64,000 nucleotides of DNA. It comes from Cenococcum geophilum. Its lineage: Eukaryota. Below the pieces are notes generated by a model. That model was not told where the DNA came from and did not search any database. It saw only the letters and a program-made list of their open reading frames with translations. Made by a program: the position numbers and the translations under genes. The stretch covers positions 10,602,001-10,666,000 of the forward strand of contig CP158636.1 in the NCBI GenBank assembly GCA_050273025.1. The letters run 5' to 3'. This document shows positions 1 to 14,241 of the stretch, piece after piece (position 1 is the first letter of the stretch; the number at the start of each line of letters is the position of its first letter).

Positions 1-2
1 AC

Positions 3-1109
3 CGAGCGAAAGGACCCGTTAGAGAAGTTACCAAGCTCTTAGAACGCCTATCGGAGCCTAACCTTAATACCAACAATACAGAAATCTCGAGTCAATTGAC
101 TCAATTGATTAAATCAGCCCTTTGTGGCATTCATATAAATTCAGCCATGGATAGGCTTCAGCAAGTCGAGGAATTGTTTCACCAGCTGTCCAAGTGCGAG
201 AAGGGTAATTCATCAAGCAAGAACCCCTTTATTGTGGACCTAACCAGCATCGCCTTTTGGATTAATGCCCTGACAACCGCGAGGCCATCCACGGACAGCT
301 TACCGGGAGAAACAAGCCGACAAGAAACAATTTCCACAACACAAACTCCATCGAGTGCGAAGAATCAAACAGAAACCCCCGAGAGCTCTTCACCCACACC
401 CGCACCAGCCACATTCCGCAAGACTCGGAGCAGCCGCGTAAACACAGGTCAACCCCAGAGAGCCCAGCAAGTCGACTGCACCCAGAACTTCGTACCATAC
501 CGTCCGAAATCCACCGCACACCTCTCCACTTCGGAGTTGCTCCGCAGCATCCTTACTAAACCCCTCACCGCGCGTGACAGCCACATGGGCAACATCTATG
601 CATACTGTCTCCCGCCCAACTTCGGATGCATCAAGATCGGTTTCGCGAGCGGCGAACCACGGGCCCGAATCGAGCAATGGGAGCGCCAGTGCAAGCACAA
701 AGCCGAAAGTCTGATACCAGAAGACCAGCAGCACGAGTTCGAAGTGCAGAACGCCTATCGGGTTGAGGCGCTCGTGCACGCAGAGCTCCGGGACGTGAGG
801 CAGAAGGAAGTGAACTGCAAAGTGTGTGGGAGGACGCATAGAGAGTGGTTTGCTACTGATAGGGAGCACGTCCTGAGAGTCATTAAGAAGTTTGTCGACG
901 CGATGAAGAGGGATCTGTATGAGCCGGTTTATATAGCGGGTGAATACGTGGGGGAACTAAAGGAAAGTATCAGTAGCGCCGAGATCGACGAGCTTTGCAC
1001 ACCGTTGGAGTTGACGCCGTCATCTAGGAATGATATTAACGTAAATGGACAGAGACAAGTGAGTTCTGCCAGGAGTAGGAATGCTAGAGTAAGCAGGGGG
1101 CATAAATGA
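3..1109 (+). CDS. T5orf172/Mug113 (GIY-YIG-like) domain protein, 5'-partial
   Basis: Frame is open from base 3, so the start lies upstream of the window. C-terminal motif series GNIYAY..CIKIGF..RIEQWERQC..RVEALVHAEL..CKVCGRTHREWF is typical of fungal T5orf172 proteins. Confidence 0.85.
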   Translation, partial: RAKGPVREVTKLLERLSEPNLNTNNTEISSQLTQLIKSALCGIHINSAMDRLQQVEELFHQLSKCEKGNSSSKNPFIVDLTSIAFWINALTTARPSTDSLPGETSRQETISTTQTPSSAKNQTETPESSSPTPAPATFRKTRSSRVNTGQPQRAQQVDCTQNFVPYRPKSTAHLSTSELLRSILTKPLTARDSHMGNIYAYCLPPNFGCIKIGFASGEPRARIEQWERQCKHKAESLIPEDQQHEFEVQNAYRVEALVHAELRDVRQKEVNCKVCGRTHREWFATDREHVLRVIKKFVDAMKRDLYEPVYIAGEYVGELKESISSAEIDELCTPLELTPSSRNDINVNGQRQVSSARSRNARVSRGHK

Positions 1110-1642
1110 GGCGTTCTTCGACCGTAGACTGGGGCTTGATTGCTAGAATGGGTGCTAAAGCGGAGAGGCGTTTTGTGTGGGCGTTTTGTCTCTTTCAACG
1201 ATAGACGACATCGGAGTTAGTTTTTCTGGATGCGTTTAACGACGCGTTTAAAGATATGTTTAAGATACGATGCTTTTAAGACACGCTTAAAAATCTAGAA
1301 ATATCAGTACGTTCGTAGATCGGAAGCAACCTCCGCATCATTTTGGAGTAAATGGTGTATTAGCACAGAAAAAGCCAGGTCCGATTTTCCCGCAAAGATA
1401 GGTAAGATACTCTGTATCGAGATACCAGGATGCCATCTAATTTCTCGGCATCTCTACCTATCCAACCGCCCGACAACATCTACGGCTAAGAAGGCCAACG
1501 CTCAGTACACGTAAAGTGGAGTCATTATGTTAGCGGAGCCTAGACATCAGGCATCGAAACTTGGTTCAAATAACTGATATTGCTTTCCTACCTATAGCCC
1601 ATTTCATTCAGATAAATCCATCATATATATCATAGCAATCCC

Positions 1643-4600
1643 CTACGACAACCGTGCAACAACATTGTGCACCTCGGCCAGCTCCACCTCCAGGACAGGG
1701 AGGTTGTCTTCCAGTATCTCGGCCACTTTAACAGCTCCTTCGCTACCGTCGTCGTCTTCACCCTCGACTTCGCTATCCTCTTCCTTTCGCCTCGTCGAAT
1801 GATTCTGTCCCACACCCTCTTGCCCTTCATACACAATATCCACATCCAGCTTCACAAGTGTCAGCGCATCCTCCATAATCCGCTCAACGTCCCTCTCCAT
1901 CTTCGATACCAAGTTGTGCAGATCCATCTGAATGAGCACTGCCATGGGTGGGAAGAGATTGCCGTTGCCAATCCGGCCCTGGATCGTGTTGATCTGGCGG
2001 CTAAATTTACCGGTACCTGCCGAACGAAGTCAGTTGAAGTGAATGGGTAAGATAAATGATAAAAGTAAAGAGTGTCGGATTGAAGAGGACGCGAGAGGGG
2101 AAATAGGAGGGCTGAGGTGCCGGGGTTAGGGGAATGCCAACCATATTCCCCTGAAGCTGAGCGGTATGCAGAGAGCATTTGTTTGAGGACGTAGCTGTTA
2201 TAGTTGTCCTCAGATGCGCTGCGGCGGATTGTTCTAGCTTATGTTTAGCGCTGTGCCCACCCTAGATATTAATGGGAATAGAGAGGATTTGGGCTTTACT
2301 TGAAGGCTTGCTGGATTGTCCGCTGCGCGAGCTGCAGTTTGTATTTGATATCTTGAAATCGAGAGGATACGGATTCCGATAATGTTGGAACGGCTCCAAG
2401 CGCTTCGAGAAAGAGAACATCAGCGGGCCTCGAATAAGAAGGTTCCAACAGTTCGCTTTATCTTGGATAACCGGCGTGAAGGGAACAGAGTGCTTACATC
2501 TCATGGTAGCCTGGATTTCGCCAAACGACTCGTCAACGGCTTCTTCGACTGATTTGAACATTTTCGGCATCTCTTCTTCTACCATTTCCCATTGTAGTGC
2601 CAGTTCCGTCCTCATCTTCCAGATGATTTCCTTATTCCAATTAACGTCACCGCGCTTTTCTGTATAGTGATGGCCGTTATTACGACACCAGGCATTATAT
2701 TGCGCTATAAGAGACGTATTAGTACTCTGAGCTGCATCACATTCGGACTGTGAGGTTGAAGTACTCCAATGCCACTACTGAGTCGTTAGAACGGTAAGAA
2801 CATTCAACTCAAGTAGCGGGGAGGATTACCTGGTTCCACTCATAGCTCTTCGTTTTGGCCGCTTTTTCCCAATGTCCATTCCGCTGATCTGGTCTAGCAT
2901 GAGCGATTTGAAAAGCCCTTTCGCATAGTTTACGCACCCATGTAACTTAGAACTTGTTCCTTAATGTCTGCCTTGAATTCGGCAGTTTTCTTTCGGATCA
3001 TATCCTCTATCTTCGCAGCATGAGCATGACGCCACGAGTAATGTTTAGCATAACATACCTTGGATTCCGTCTCCTCGATGCTCTCCAGCAACTCCTCACG
3101 TATCATCTCAGGTGTAGTAGAATCATTCGCTTCTTGCAAAGTCTTTTCCATCCACAGCCTCGCGGAGCTCAGCAGACTCGGAAGTTTCGAGAGCAAGAAG
3201 TTCTTCGACTCCTCGAGTTGTGCCTGAGCGGTAATTGTATGACAGAACCTGCGGACTTCCGGAATACCACTAGCCTCAACGAACTGGACGCGTCCCTTTT
3301 TTGCATGTTTCTCGTACGCTTTGTTGGAGACGCAGAAGACCTCGAGTGTCTTGCCCTCGACCTTTTCGGCGTATGCACGTTGTAGGCCGGTTTTGACAAA
3401 TTGGTTGCGAGCCTTGATAAGGAGGAATTCGCGTCTGGGCCAAAGTCAGTTCTGCCGTTCCTTTTTTAGACTTCCACGCGTCTGCGAATTGTAGACATAC
3501 TCGAGTTTCAGTTGCTTTTTGGCTTTCTCATCGCCGCTGTTCTTTGCTTGCTTGATCTTGCGATCTAACTCCTGGAATTCTGCTTTGCTGATGGGTTTTC
3601 CAGGCCCACAGAATTTGGCCTTCAGCGTGTCAAAATTTATTTCCTTGTGACAAATATTAGCCACAAGATTTTGCTCGAGGTGATTACTTAAAAGGCCTCC
3701 ATCTTACCTCGGTCTTAGTGCACACTACCGAAACATTCAGAAAACTTCCTGCAGATTCATTCCATTCGTTGGGGATGTGTTGGGCGAGCGCTGTGTAGAG
3801 CGACGACTTCAGAGACTGATCGCTGATGGCTCGAGAGATCTTTGCAATAATGAAGATGTGGTCGGCTTTTAAAAGGTACCGCTCGGTAGCTCGTACCCTG
3901 GCTAGGTTTGTATCCCGGAGACCTGATTACTGTAAGAAAAAGGAGCTCAGTGGACCTATACAACATACCCGGCAAGTCTGCAAGAACAATTCCAGTCTTG
4001 AGTACCTGAGCGCTGAGATAGATACTACCAAAGAACAACGTGAGTGATGATTCGAAGAGATATGTGAATGTTTGCTTACCGGACTACCTTCGTAAACGGC
4101 CAAAGCCTATTCTCCATGAATCGTCCTGTCTTCTCGCAGCACTCTTCCGCATCCTGCGCTGTTGATCTCCACATACCATCGCTACCTCCCTCAGGCCAGT
4201 CTAACTCCTGTGTCCACTGCAAAAGCAGAGCAAGCGCTTTTTCCTTTGCCTCGTCGCTGTTGTCACGGAGCAACTCCTTCCTAAACTCCCTTCGATCTCC
4301 AAACGCCGCTCCTAAGGTGGACCAGGCGAGCTCCGACTGCTCGCAGCACTTTTTGTATTCATCCACACTAAGTTCCTGCTCTACTCCTGGCAGGTAGAGC
4401 TGCCGATAGTCCCATAGAAGTTCTTTGACGATCTCTTCGATCTCCGCCTCCGAGAGGTATTCTACTTCGATTGTGAAGGGGGCAGTGTGGTGGGGAGCTT
4501 TCAGTCGGTATTCTGTGATTACGGAGGTACAAGCATTGCCATCGTCGCTCTAGTAATAGTTAGACTCCTGAAGCAGGCGTTAAAAGTATAAGTAATGAGC

Positions 4601-5349
4601 TCGCATGGAAGGAAACTCGACACTTACTGTCTGCGCTACCCCATGACAATGAAGTAAAGAATTAATGACACTGCTTTTTCCTGGGCACAGTCAGCACTCA
4701 TCAACGTTCTCTTAAGAGTGCTTGCTCGCCTACCTTCTCCCGAATCGCCCAAGAGCGCAACAATTCTAGTGTCCTGAGTCTGAAAATTACTCAATCTTCG
4801 GGCATCATCTAGCAGTCTGCGTACGTTACTGCCGGATTTAGGCCGACAATGGCCAAGATCACATGCAAGGCTCTCAGCAATGTGAATGCCTCGAGTCAGT
4901 TGCGTCTGGAATTGTGGCTTGAAAAACACTGCATTAGTTGGCGGTTGTTCATCGCGAACATCGTAAGGTGGCGCGCGTTCATCAACACTAGTCGTAGATA
5001 CGTCCGAGATTCTCCTATTAGGTAGGTTAAGACTGGAACCTGCAGTATCAGCAGCTTGAGACGGCCCGCCGCCTCTGCCACTTCTACCGGGTTTAGGAGA
5101 TGGCTGCGGAGTCGCATTGTAGAGGAATCTAAAGTCGAACGGTGTATGCCCACCCCCTTGATTTTCCAGGCTGCCAAAAACCTTCGGAGCTGCATTTTCC
5201 CGTGGCGGCGTCAGATACTTGTTCAGTGCGATGGTAGAATCATCTTCGTTGATCGACAGAGACTTAAAGAGGCTTTCGACATGGCCCGGTTTGCTGTTCT
5301 CGTTCTGCGCGTTTGCCCCTCGATTTTCTGGCGGTGTTGCTGGCCTCAT
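1643..5349 (-). CDS. Multi-exon dynamin-like (SLIP-GC-type) P-loop GTPase
   Basis: Splicing at GT-AG introns joins the fragmented ORFs: G1 LLGDSGEG|KSSVINSLL, G2 region GNACTSVITEY, G3 VLADLPG, G4-like CTKTE, then EVFCVS..SGIPEVRRFC and WHWTQYNAWCRNNG. The last exon is the 1643-1945 ORF. ATG at 5349. Confidence 0.85.
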
Positions 5350-7463
5350 ATCTGGGCTCAAATGGTCGATTCTCAGGGTCCGAAATCACAGGCTCACAGA
5401 TGCGCGCAGAAATTAATGCAATTTAGAGTAGAAAGAGATTTATTGGACTGATCGAGAGTGACACTGGTTTTGTACCACGCTGCGGAGAAGCGGGAATTCT
5501 GTTTCCTCGCGCTGTGCCGCATACCTGCAGCAGCACCCTCACTAATCTAGTCTGAGCAAGGAACACTAACCAATCAAATGGAATATTAAGCAGGAAACTG
5601 AAAGATAGCGACATTGTATGTAACGTGTTTGGAACGATTGTTGCAGGAGGTCGCTTTTCTTGTGACGGGGAGAATACTCGCCGTGGCACTGCGCAGAAAT
5701 GGCAAACGCACCTTTAAAGTTGAAGGCTGCGACAGGTGAGCTGTTTTTCGAATACCTTAATTGGGATTAAATAGCGCAACTGAAATGGCTAGCGCGAACC
5801 TCAGCGAGCTGGTGTTCGTGGCTTCTGTGGCGTTGTTAGAAAGGCGCGCACGGCTCCTCACGCCCCTGTTGGCCTTGAATGGCGTCAACGATCCTCACAG
5901 GCATCGTTTATGGGCAGCGCAAAGACGACGTTTTGAACGGAGAGAGAATGAGAGCTCAGGTCGAGATCAACTGCTACCGGGTACGCGCGGGAACTCACGG
6001 GTCCCCCTTTCCGCTCTCCGCTCCGCTGTCCTACTCGTCGTGAGGGCTCTCCGAGACAGCTAAATTCTCCGCACCAGTCGGCATGCCGCTATGTATCTGT
6101 ACACCGGGCCTGTGACAACTATTGCGATGAGTGCTCCGACAGCTTAAAGTCTTGGATCAGACGGCCTAAAATTTCGATGCGCAGCTGATCTGATGTCAGT
6201 TTCACTTTAGCATGGTGAGCGTGAGGCCATCATATGATGTCGCGGGTTTACTTATGCAGTCTAACTGTGGGGCTCTATCCAAGCACCAAGCTTGGATATA
6301 GTATCAAATACGTAAAAGCACTTTAAAGAGAGAACTATGAGATCGTCTGCAATACTACATCGTCATATCACTGACGCAGGAGGGGGTTGACGGATGCTAC
6401 ACAGGGCAGATCTTTCAGGGCGTGTGACCTTGGCGACAGTCCTTTCTACCGACTTGCACTGTCACTCCGAGAATTACCGATGCAATCGTCTGCGGATGGG
6501 TGGAGCCACGCTGGTGTCGGTTTAGGAGAAGTTGCTGGCTGGAGGCGTGATCTGCACGTACGGAAGACTGGTGGACAACCTGGAAGCTTCGTGGGTGAGG
6601 TGGTGCGGGGAACTCTTAGTTGGGCCAAAATCGTCCCTGGGAGGGGGACGAATGAGGTGGCAGCAGAAAAGCAAACACAGCTGCATTCTGTACCTGCTTG
6701 CATGAGGCCGACACCTGTTGAGCTGTCTGCAGGACAATGAGACAACGGTGAGGCTATTGAAAAGTGGCTCTTCAATACTTCGGCAATATAATAAGTTGTA
6801 TACAGCACCAACAAAAGCTGGAATGTGGATAGTGGCACGGCCATCCAAGTGAACACAGCCATCCAATGCTTTGCTTGCCCAACGGTTGGTTCCGCGCCCC
6901 GCGTCAGCCAAGCTTCTTGCAAGATTGAGTTTGACAACGATCTGCTGCCCCGCCCATGCTACCTGCCCCCCCCAATTCTAGACCCTACAGATCAGATGGC
7001 GTCATAGTTGCCAATCATTACCCACTACATCACTACGGACAGCTCAACAAATCAGGCGCTGGTACCTGATCTGACAGCTCAATCTAACAGCTCAATCTAA
7101 CAGCTTAGGCTGAGGATGCGCCCTGCATGAGAACCATGACCTGTGCCTCTTCGGCGAACAGCCCAAAGCCCAGCAGCTCGGCATTCCCTCACTCGCCGTG
7201 TCTTTGTGGACCGGAGTTTGCCCCGAGTGGCGGATTTGCTCTCTGCCATGACGGCACTCGGCGAAGCTGTGCTGCGTGCCTTAAAACCTGCGTGCCCCAG
7301 AAAAAATGGTTCGTTGATCCAGGCTCTGCGTTACAGGTTCAGCATTCTTGTCACAGGCATAGCTACCTTCAATATTCTTTGGATGTGAATGGCCTCGCGA
7401 TAACCATCCAGGACGCAAACGAAGCTTCGGCATACCCTAAGATCAATTTGTTACACTGGCAGC

Positions 7464-8933
<1,470 letters not shown>

Positions 8934-10291
8934 AGTCCCTTTTCGTTCCATTGGTTCATTTTTTTTCCCTCGACTGTCGAATCATAGCATGATCGCATTG
9001 TGCTATTCGTTTCTCTTTCAACCTCAGCTCTTACACATTCTTACTGCGTCCATTCACGTCTCTATGAACTACGGCTGTTTGATTTAGGATACCCAATCAC
9101 TCGCTAGATTTCGAAGTACCCTCTTGTAATTTTCTGATTTGATTCATGGGCTTGAAACAATTTGTGCGAAGCATGTTCAGGGAGGAAGGTTCACTGTAAA
9201 TACGGAGGCAGAACCTGGTTGAGAGGGAAATTTCGCCAAATGTGCCACTTGTATTTCGCGTTACATAACAGCGCATTCGGTGCAATTTCCGCATCCCACG
9301 TCACATTATTTCAGCGATGCGAGGACATTGGAGGCTGTCGCCAGCGGAAGCGCCGTCGTTCGTTATGTGCAATCTTACAAAGCACAGCTTGAAAATAAAT
9401 CTGAAGGAAATTTTTTTTTTGTAGCTGATATGGAATCGCAATTACAAGAAGAAGACAGCAACAAGTAGAAAGTGAAGCATGCTGACAGCCAAGCTCGCGG
9501 TGGACCTTCTCCGTTCGTTGATGTAACAAGCCTCAGCCCCGTATTTCGACAACGGGGCTTCTAGGCCGGGCTGAAGAACTAGCGAACAGTGTAGAGAGGA
9601 TTGAATCAATATTGTTATGCAGACGCTGCGGCTGCAACCTTGTCCAGGCCCTCCTATCCAGTTGTTTGCCTATTCTCGGAAATTAGGAATGCTGCGAATG
9701 GCGCCAGGGCTGAAGCGGTGGACGAACGAAAGGCCTTGCTAGAAAATCTGTCGAAGGATGCCAAGCTTTATTATACGAGCCCATTTATTTGGCTGGCGGC
9801 CTGCTGGAGGAGGTCATTGGCCCGCTGCTAAGCCACCATCACCGAACGGACTAAAGGCGAGCAGACGGCCACCATGAGGAGCTCCTAGTGGGCGTTTGCA
9901 CTAGACTAACGCAGGAACGCTTTCGCGCATTCTGACCCTAACTAAGCCGAATTAGATTGGGATAGGAGTAATCTGGCTTGGTGTTAAAACCCCTCGGATA
10001 TCTTTTCGTAGCGCTGCCTTTCTCACTTCTTTCTCCCCCCATCGACGTCTGCCTTGTGCTCGCCATCGAAGCAATATTCAGCTTCAGCCGCTCATTCTTG
10101 TACCCTCAGCAGCCTTGTGCGCAGTCATTCTTTTTAGAACAAACATAAATACTACACTCTTTTCCACACCTCACCGTCCAAAACACGTTCCTTCACCAAG
10201 GCACTAATATTGTAATTTCGACCGACCTCACCAGCACGCTGCTTATCAACCACTTGGAATATTAATCCAGAGCAACCAAAAACTCGTTACA

Positions 10292-11256
10292 ATGTACAGC
10301 AACGATTTCTCCCTCCTTGCCCTCTTCACCGCTGGCCTCGCTGCCTTGACCTCAGCCTACCACGCTCCAGTTGGTGACCCATCCGGCAACCCAATCAACA
10401 AGCCTAGTCTCAATGAAGTACGTACCGCGGAATTTTCTTCTCTTCAAATTTTTTATTTTCAGTTCCCCACAAACGGGCGGAAAAGCGCATTCCTCCGCAT
10501 AGCAACCGAATGTAGCACAGAAATGAATATCACACGACTAACAGATTCTCAGCTCGTCCCCGCTGGCAAGCCTTATACCATTACCTGGACTCCCACGACC
10601 ACCGGCCCAGTTACCATTCTCCTTCTCCGTGGCCCATCCACCAATGTCGTCCCGATTGGCGCACCCATCGCCTCCGGCATTGACAACACTGGCACCTTTG
10701 AATGGACTCCCCCTACCACCCTCGAAGCGGACACCAGCCACTACGGCATCCAACTGATCGTTGACGCGACGGGCCAGTTCCAATGTAAGTCTCCCCCCAA
10801 CCGCACCACAAGTCCTTCAACACGGCAACTCACCCCAACGCAGACAGCACGCAATTCGGCATCGAGAACCCCGGTTACGCCGCCGTCTCAGGCGCCTCCT
10901 CGCTGATCGCCTCCGTGACCGCCGAGGCCGTCAACTCAACCGCGCCGTCCTCCACCCCCGCCGCCTCCGCCTCTGCCTCCGCCAACATCACCGCCGTGTC
11001 CCTGACCCACTACAGCACCGCCACCAGCCACCACGTCGCCAGCACCGGCGCCCCGGGCAACAGCTCCGTCGTGCTGCCCACGAAGAGCATGTCCATCCCC
11101 AGCTCGCTGCTCACCAGCGCGACCGGCGCCGTGACCTCTGCCTCCGCCTCCGCCAGCGCCGCATCTGCGACGTCCACGCCTACCGGTGCTGCGAGCCATG
11201 TGCGCGCGGGCTTGGGGCTCGTGGGCGCCGTGGCGGGCCTGGTTATGGCGCTGTAA
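10292..11256 (+). CDS. GPI-anchored Ser/Thr-rich cell-wall protein (Kre9/Knh1-like N-terminal domain)
   Basis: Signal peptide; NPINKPSLNE|LVPAGKPYTITW..LLLRGPSTN..IDNTGTFEWTP..YGIQLI..QYSTQFGI; Ser/Thr/Ala tract; hydrophobic GPI signal TGAA..LVGAVAGLVMAL. Two introns. Confidence 0.9.
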
Positions 11257-12283
11257 GTGTCTGGCTGGCTGGCTGGCTGTGTTCTTGTTGCGGGTGGCGG
11301 CGTGCGATATCCTGGGTTTTGGTATGTGTTTTGCATCTGCATTGTTTGTAATTTGGAGGAAGGGGGTTAGAGTTTAGGGTAGGGAGTGCGATTGTGGGGA
11401 GGGGAAGCTGTGTAGCTGTGTAAAATGTGGTTCGATAGAGACTGCTAGGTGTAGGAAGTCTTAATGAGTGCCCCGAATTGGATCGAGATTATGCCCGATG
11501 GTTTGTGCTGCTTTTTTATACGTGATGTGATGTGTTTGAACCTGTGGGTTGTGAGATTGCTGACTTTTTTGTGCTGGATATTCGTATGTTGAACAGCGAA
11601 TAGGCTTTCTTGATGTCCAGAAGCTCTTCAGGATGCTTAGCCAGTTGTTCCCATCTCCTGCGACCAATCTTACGTCGAATATTTTATGCCGCTCCTGGTG
11701 TGCTTCCGCTACCTGCAGAGCATCCCGTACATCTCCGAGCGTTAATCATGGCCCCCAATACTTTTCGCATTCGCAAAAGTAGTGCTGCATAACCTGTTTC
11801 GTCCAGATTTCATTACGCGCTGCTTTCGGGCCCTGACACGCACCAAGTCATGCATGCAGCCCTTGGCGCATTGTATGACTGGTTCATCATTGAAATCTAG
11901 CGAAGATGCATGGACAGCGCAGATGCCCCCAGCAAATTTCGCTAATAAATAGCCAAGAGCACAATCCGGCGCAGATACTGTGCACTTGGCAGAAAGGCTG
12001 CATATAGGCAAGAAAAGTAAAGTCTTTGATTTTTGAGCGTAATCGCAAGAGTTAAACTTAAAGTTCTCTAGTACGCAAAGTAAGAGATAAGCTCACTTAG
12101 GCTTAGCGCCCAGCTTATTTAAGCGAGACTACTGACTCAATACCGTATTCTGCGTGTTTGTTCTCTATAGCCGCTCAATCTTCACTCATTCCGAGCCCTC
12201 CGCCCTTCCGTCTGTCCAGATACAGCATCTGGTAGCTGAAAGAATTTTGCCCTTGAAGACGCTCTGCATCCACACCACTCACG

Positions 12284-13487
12284 ATGCCCCGTGGTATTAA
12301 GCGCGCACAAGATGGACGCTTTATATTTGTTGGGTTTGATCCTGCAAATATTAAGCCGGACGAGGTTTCTGCTCTGGATACGATTGAGACCGCTGTGGAA
12401 AATATGCGGATGCACGATCCGGCCCTTGTCAGGAACCTTGCCTTTGTTCAGCGGTTCCTCGTTGAACTTCGAGGCGCCTACCATGATCGAGGCTCGATTC
12501 CTAGCTTTTCCATCCCTGCCACTAGCTTCGAATCCGACAACAAAGCTGCGGACGCTGTGGAGGTAATCTATGATGCGAATAGTAGGGAACACCGGTGGTA
12601 CCTGAGGGAGAGTGATCACGTGAGTGATGGTGTACTATCGCCATGGGCAGGTGAGGTCTTATAAGCAAACCGTGCTCTTAATCATACTAATGATTTAGAT
12701 CAATGCATCGAGCGCATTAAGTCGTCTAAATACTTTAAATCAACTAATTATGAATCGTTATGCCGAACAATACTCAATATAATATTTTGTGATCGACTCA
12801 ACATCCTTAATAACCGTAAATCCGAGCTATATTTAAACTCGGTTTTTGGGGTAACGCTCTCCACGCAAAGCAAGCGGCTCCATAAAACCATATCCGGGAG
12901 GGCTGATTGGGTTCTCGGGCACGGAAATCTAAGGTCTACTCTAGACCCTAGCTTAATTGTTATGTGCGTATTCTACCGTTTAGATTTAATATAATTATAA
13001 ACTAATTTCATATAGGGAAGCGAAAAGAACGGGCGCAGCTGACCTCGCACTACCTCAACTTATAATCTACCTTGCCGCGGTGCAGGACGCTCGCAAGAGC
13101 CGCAGTAAGATGAACTCATCTGTCTTTGGTCTCTTAACCGACTCCACCAATTTTCGATTCGTCTACCTCGACCCGTCACGCAAGCTTTTTGTATCCAAAC
13201 CGCATGAGTGGCTGGAAGAAAAGGCTAAGATTATCCAGTGGATTGACAAAATACTTGAAGATTCAATCCAGGCTTCTCCTCACACCACACCCTTCAAGTG
13301 GCAGTACCAGTTTGGAAGTGCGGCTAAGGACTTTGATCTCGTTGAAGGCGAGAACGATAGGGGTTACGAGATAATTCAGAGAGAGGGATATGTGGTCGCC
13401 AGATATGCTGAGGAGATTGGAGACTCTGATGATGAGGAGGCTGGATACTCTGAGGTCGAGGAGGTTGGCCACCCTGATAGCGGGTAG
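12284..13487 (+). CDS. PD-(D/E)XK restriction-endonuclease-like protein (3 exons)
   Basis: Spliced product reads ISGRADWVLG..LIVMEAKR..LPQLIIYL..VFGLLTDSTNFRFVYL, i.e. D, E-x-K and Q-xxx-Y motifs of the REase fold. Middle exon (~12699-12963) is stop-free but absent from the ORF track. Acidic tail. Confidence 0.7.
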
Positions 13488-13651
13488 GGTGAAGACTGAT
13501 ATTTGAAGAAGTTATGCAAGCAATTCGGGGACTACCTTAAGGAACGAGACTGATCGGGGCATCGCTTGAGGAAACGGAATGAATTAAACTGTGAGCACGC
13601 CGAGCTTGGGGGTACTCTAATCTCGTGCGTCTCAGTGCAAACAATTGCCGA

Positions 13652-13760
13652 TGCTATGGTAATGTACAATAAGTCTGGCCTGAAGGCCTCAACCATCCAT
13701 GATGAACATATTTAATCCTATATCTTCGTCAGAGGAGACAAGTGATGAAATTCTGATGAC
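13652..13760. repeat. 109-bp dispersed direct repeat, copy 1 (copy 2 at 43345-43453)
   Basis: Ungapped manual alignment shows about 12 mismatches in 109 nt. Confidence 0.85.
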
Positions 13761-14241
13761 TTAGTTGTTATTGTTTCAAGCTATCAGAAAAATTAGTTGG
13801 GCTAACGATTTGGTTACTTTAGGAAAGCTAATTCCCTTCCAAAGCAGTCGGCAATCCCATAAAGTCTTTCGATAAGCCGAAGTGCAAGAAGTGGCATTGG
13901 TTGGATGCGGCAGTGCGTGCTAGAATCCGTCATCATGTACGTTCCTGTTTTTGGGATTTTACGAGCGGGAAGGCGACGGCATTGGCAGATTGGTTAACAC
14001 CCTTTTCCTCCGTGAGTCTGCCGCCGGGAGAAGGGGCTGTGCAGGTCAACCTTGAGACCTTACTGTGGGGCCGCTATGGAAGATTTAGCGCTGTCTTCCC
14101 CTTAACATTGGAAAATACGAAGCTGCCGGAAGATGTCTCTCAAGACGCTACTTGTATCAATACGTTTTTCTTCACTGTTCTTCGCCAATTCTTCACCCTC
14201 ACATTGCGAAAGCAAACATATCCTCCACAGTGGCGTCCAAT

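Noticed and set aside
5763..5830. tRNA-like sequence (TAGCGCAA..TGGCTAGCGCG)
   Set aside because: No T-arm GTTCRA motif or acceptor stem pairing.
5423..7460. Short ORFs between the GTPase and glucanase genes, and a 13-bp tandem (CTAACAGCTCAAT) at ~7071-7105
   Set aside because: No recognisable motifs or coding bias; likely divergent promoter DNA with a trivial slippage repeat.
10761..11351. Overlapping and antisense ORFs over the GPI-protein gene
   Set aside because: Explained by high GC3 and low-complexity Ala/Ser codons; no domain-like features.
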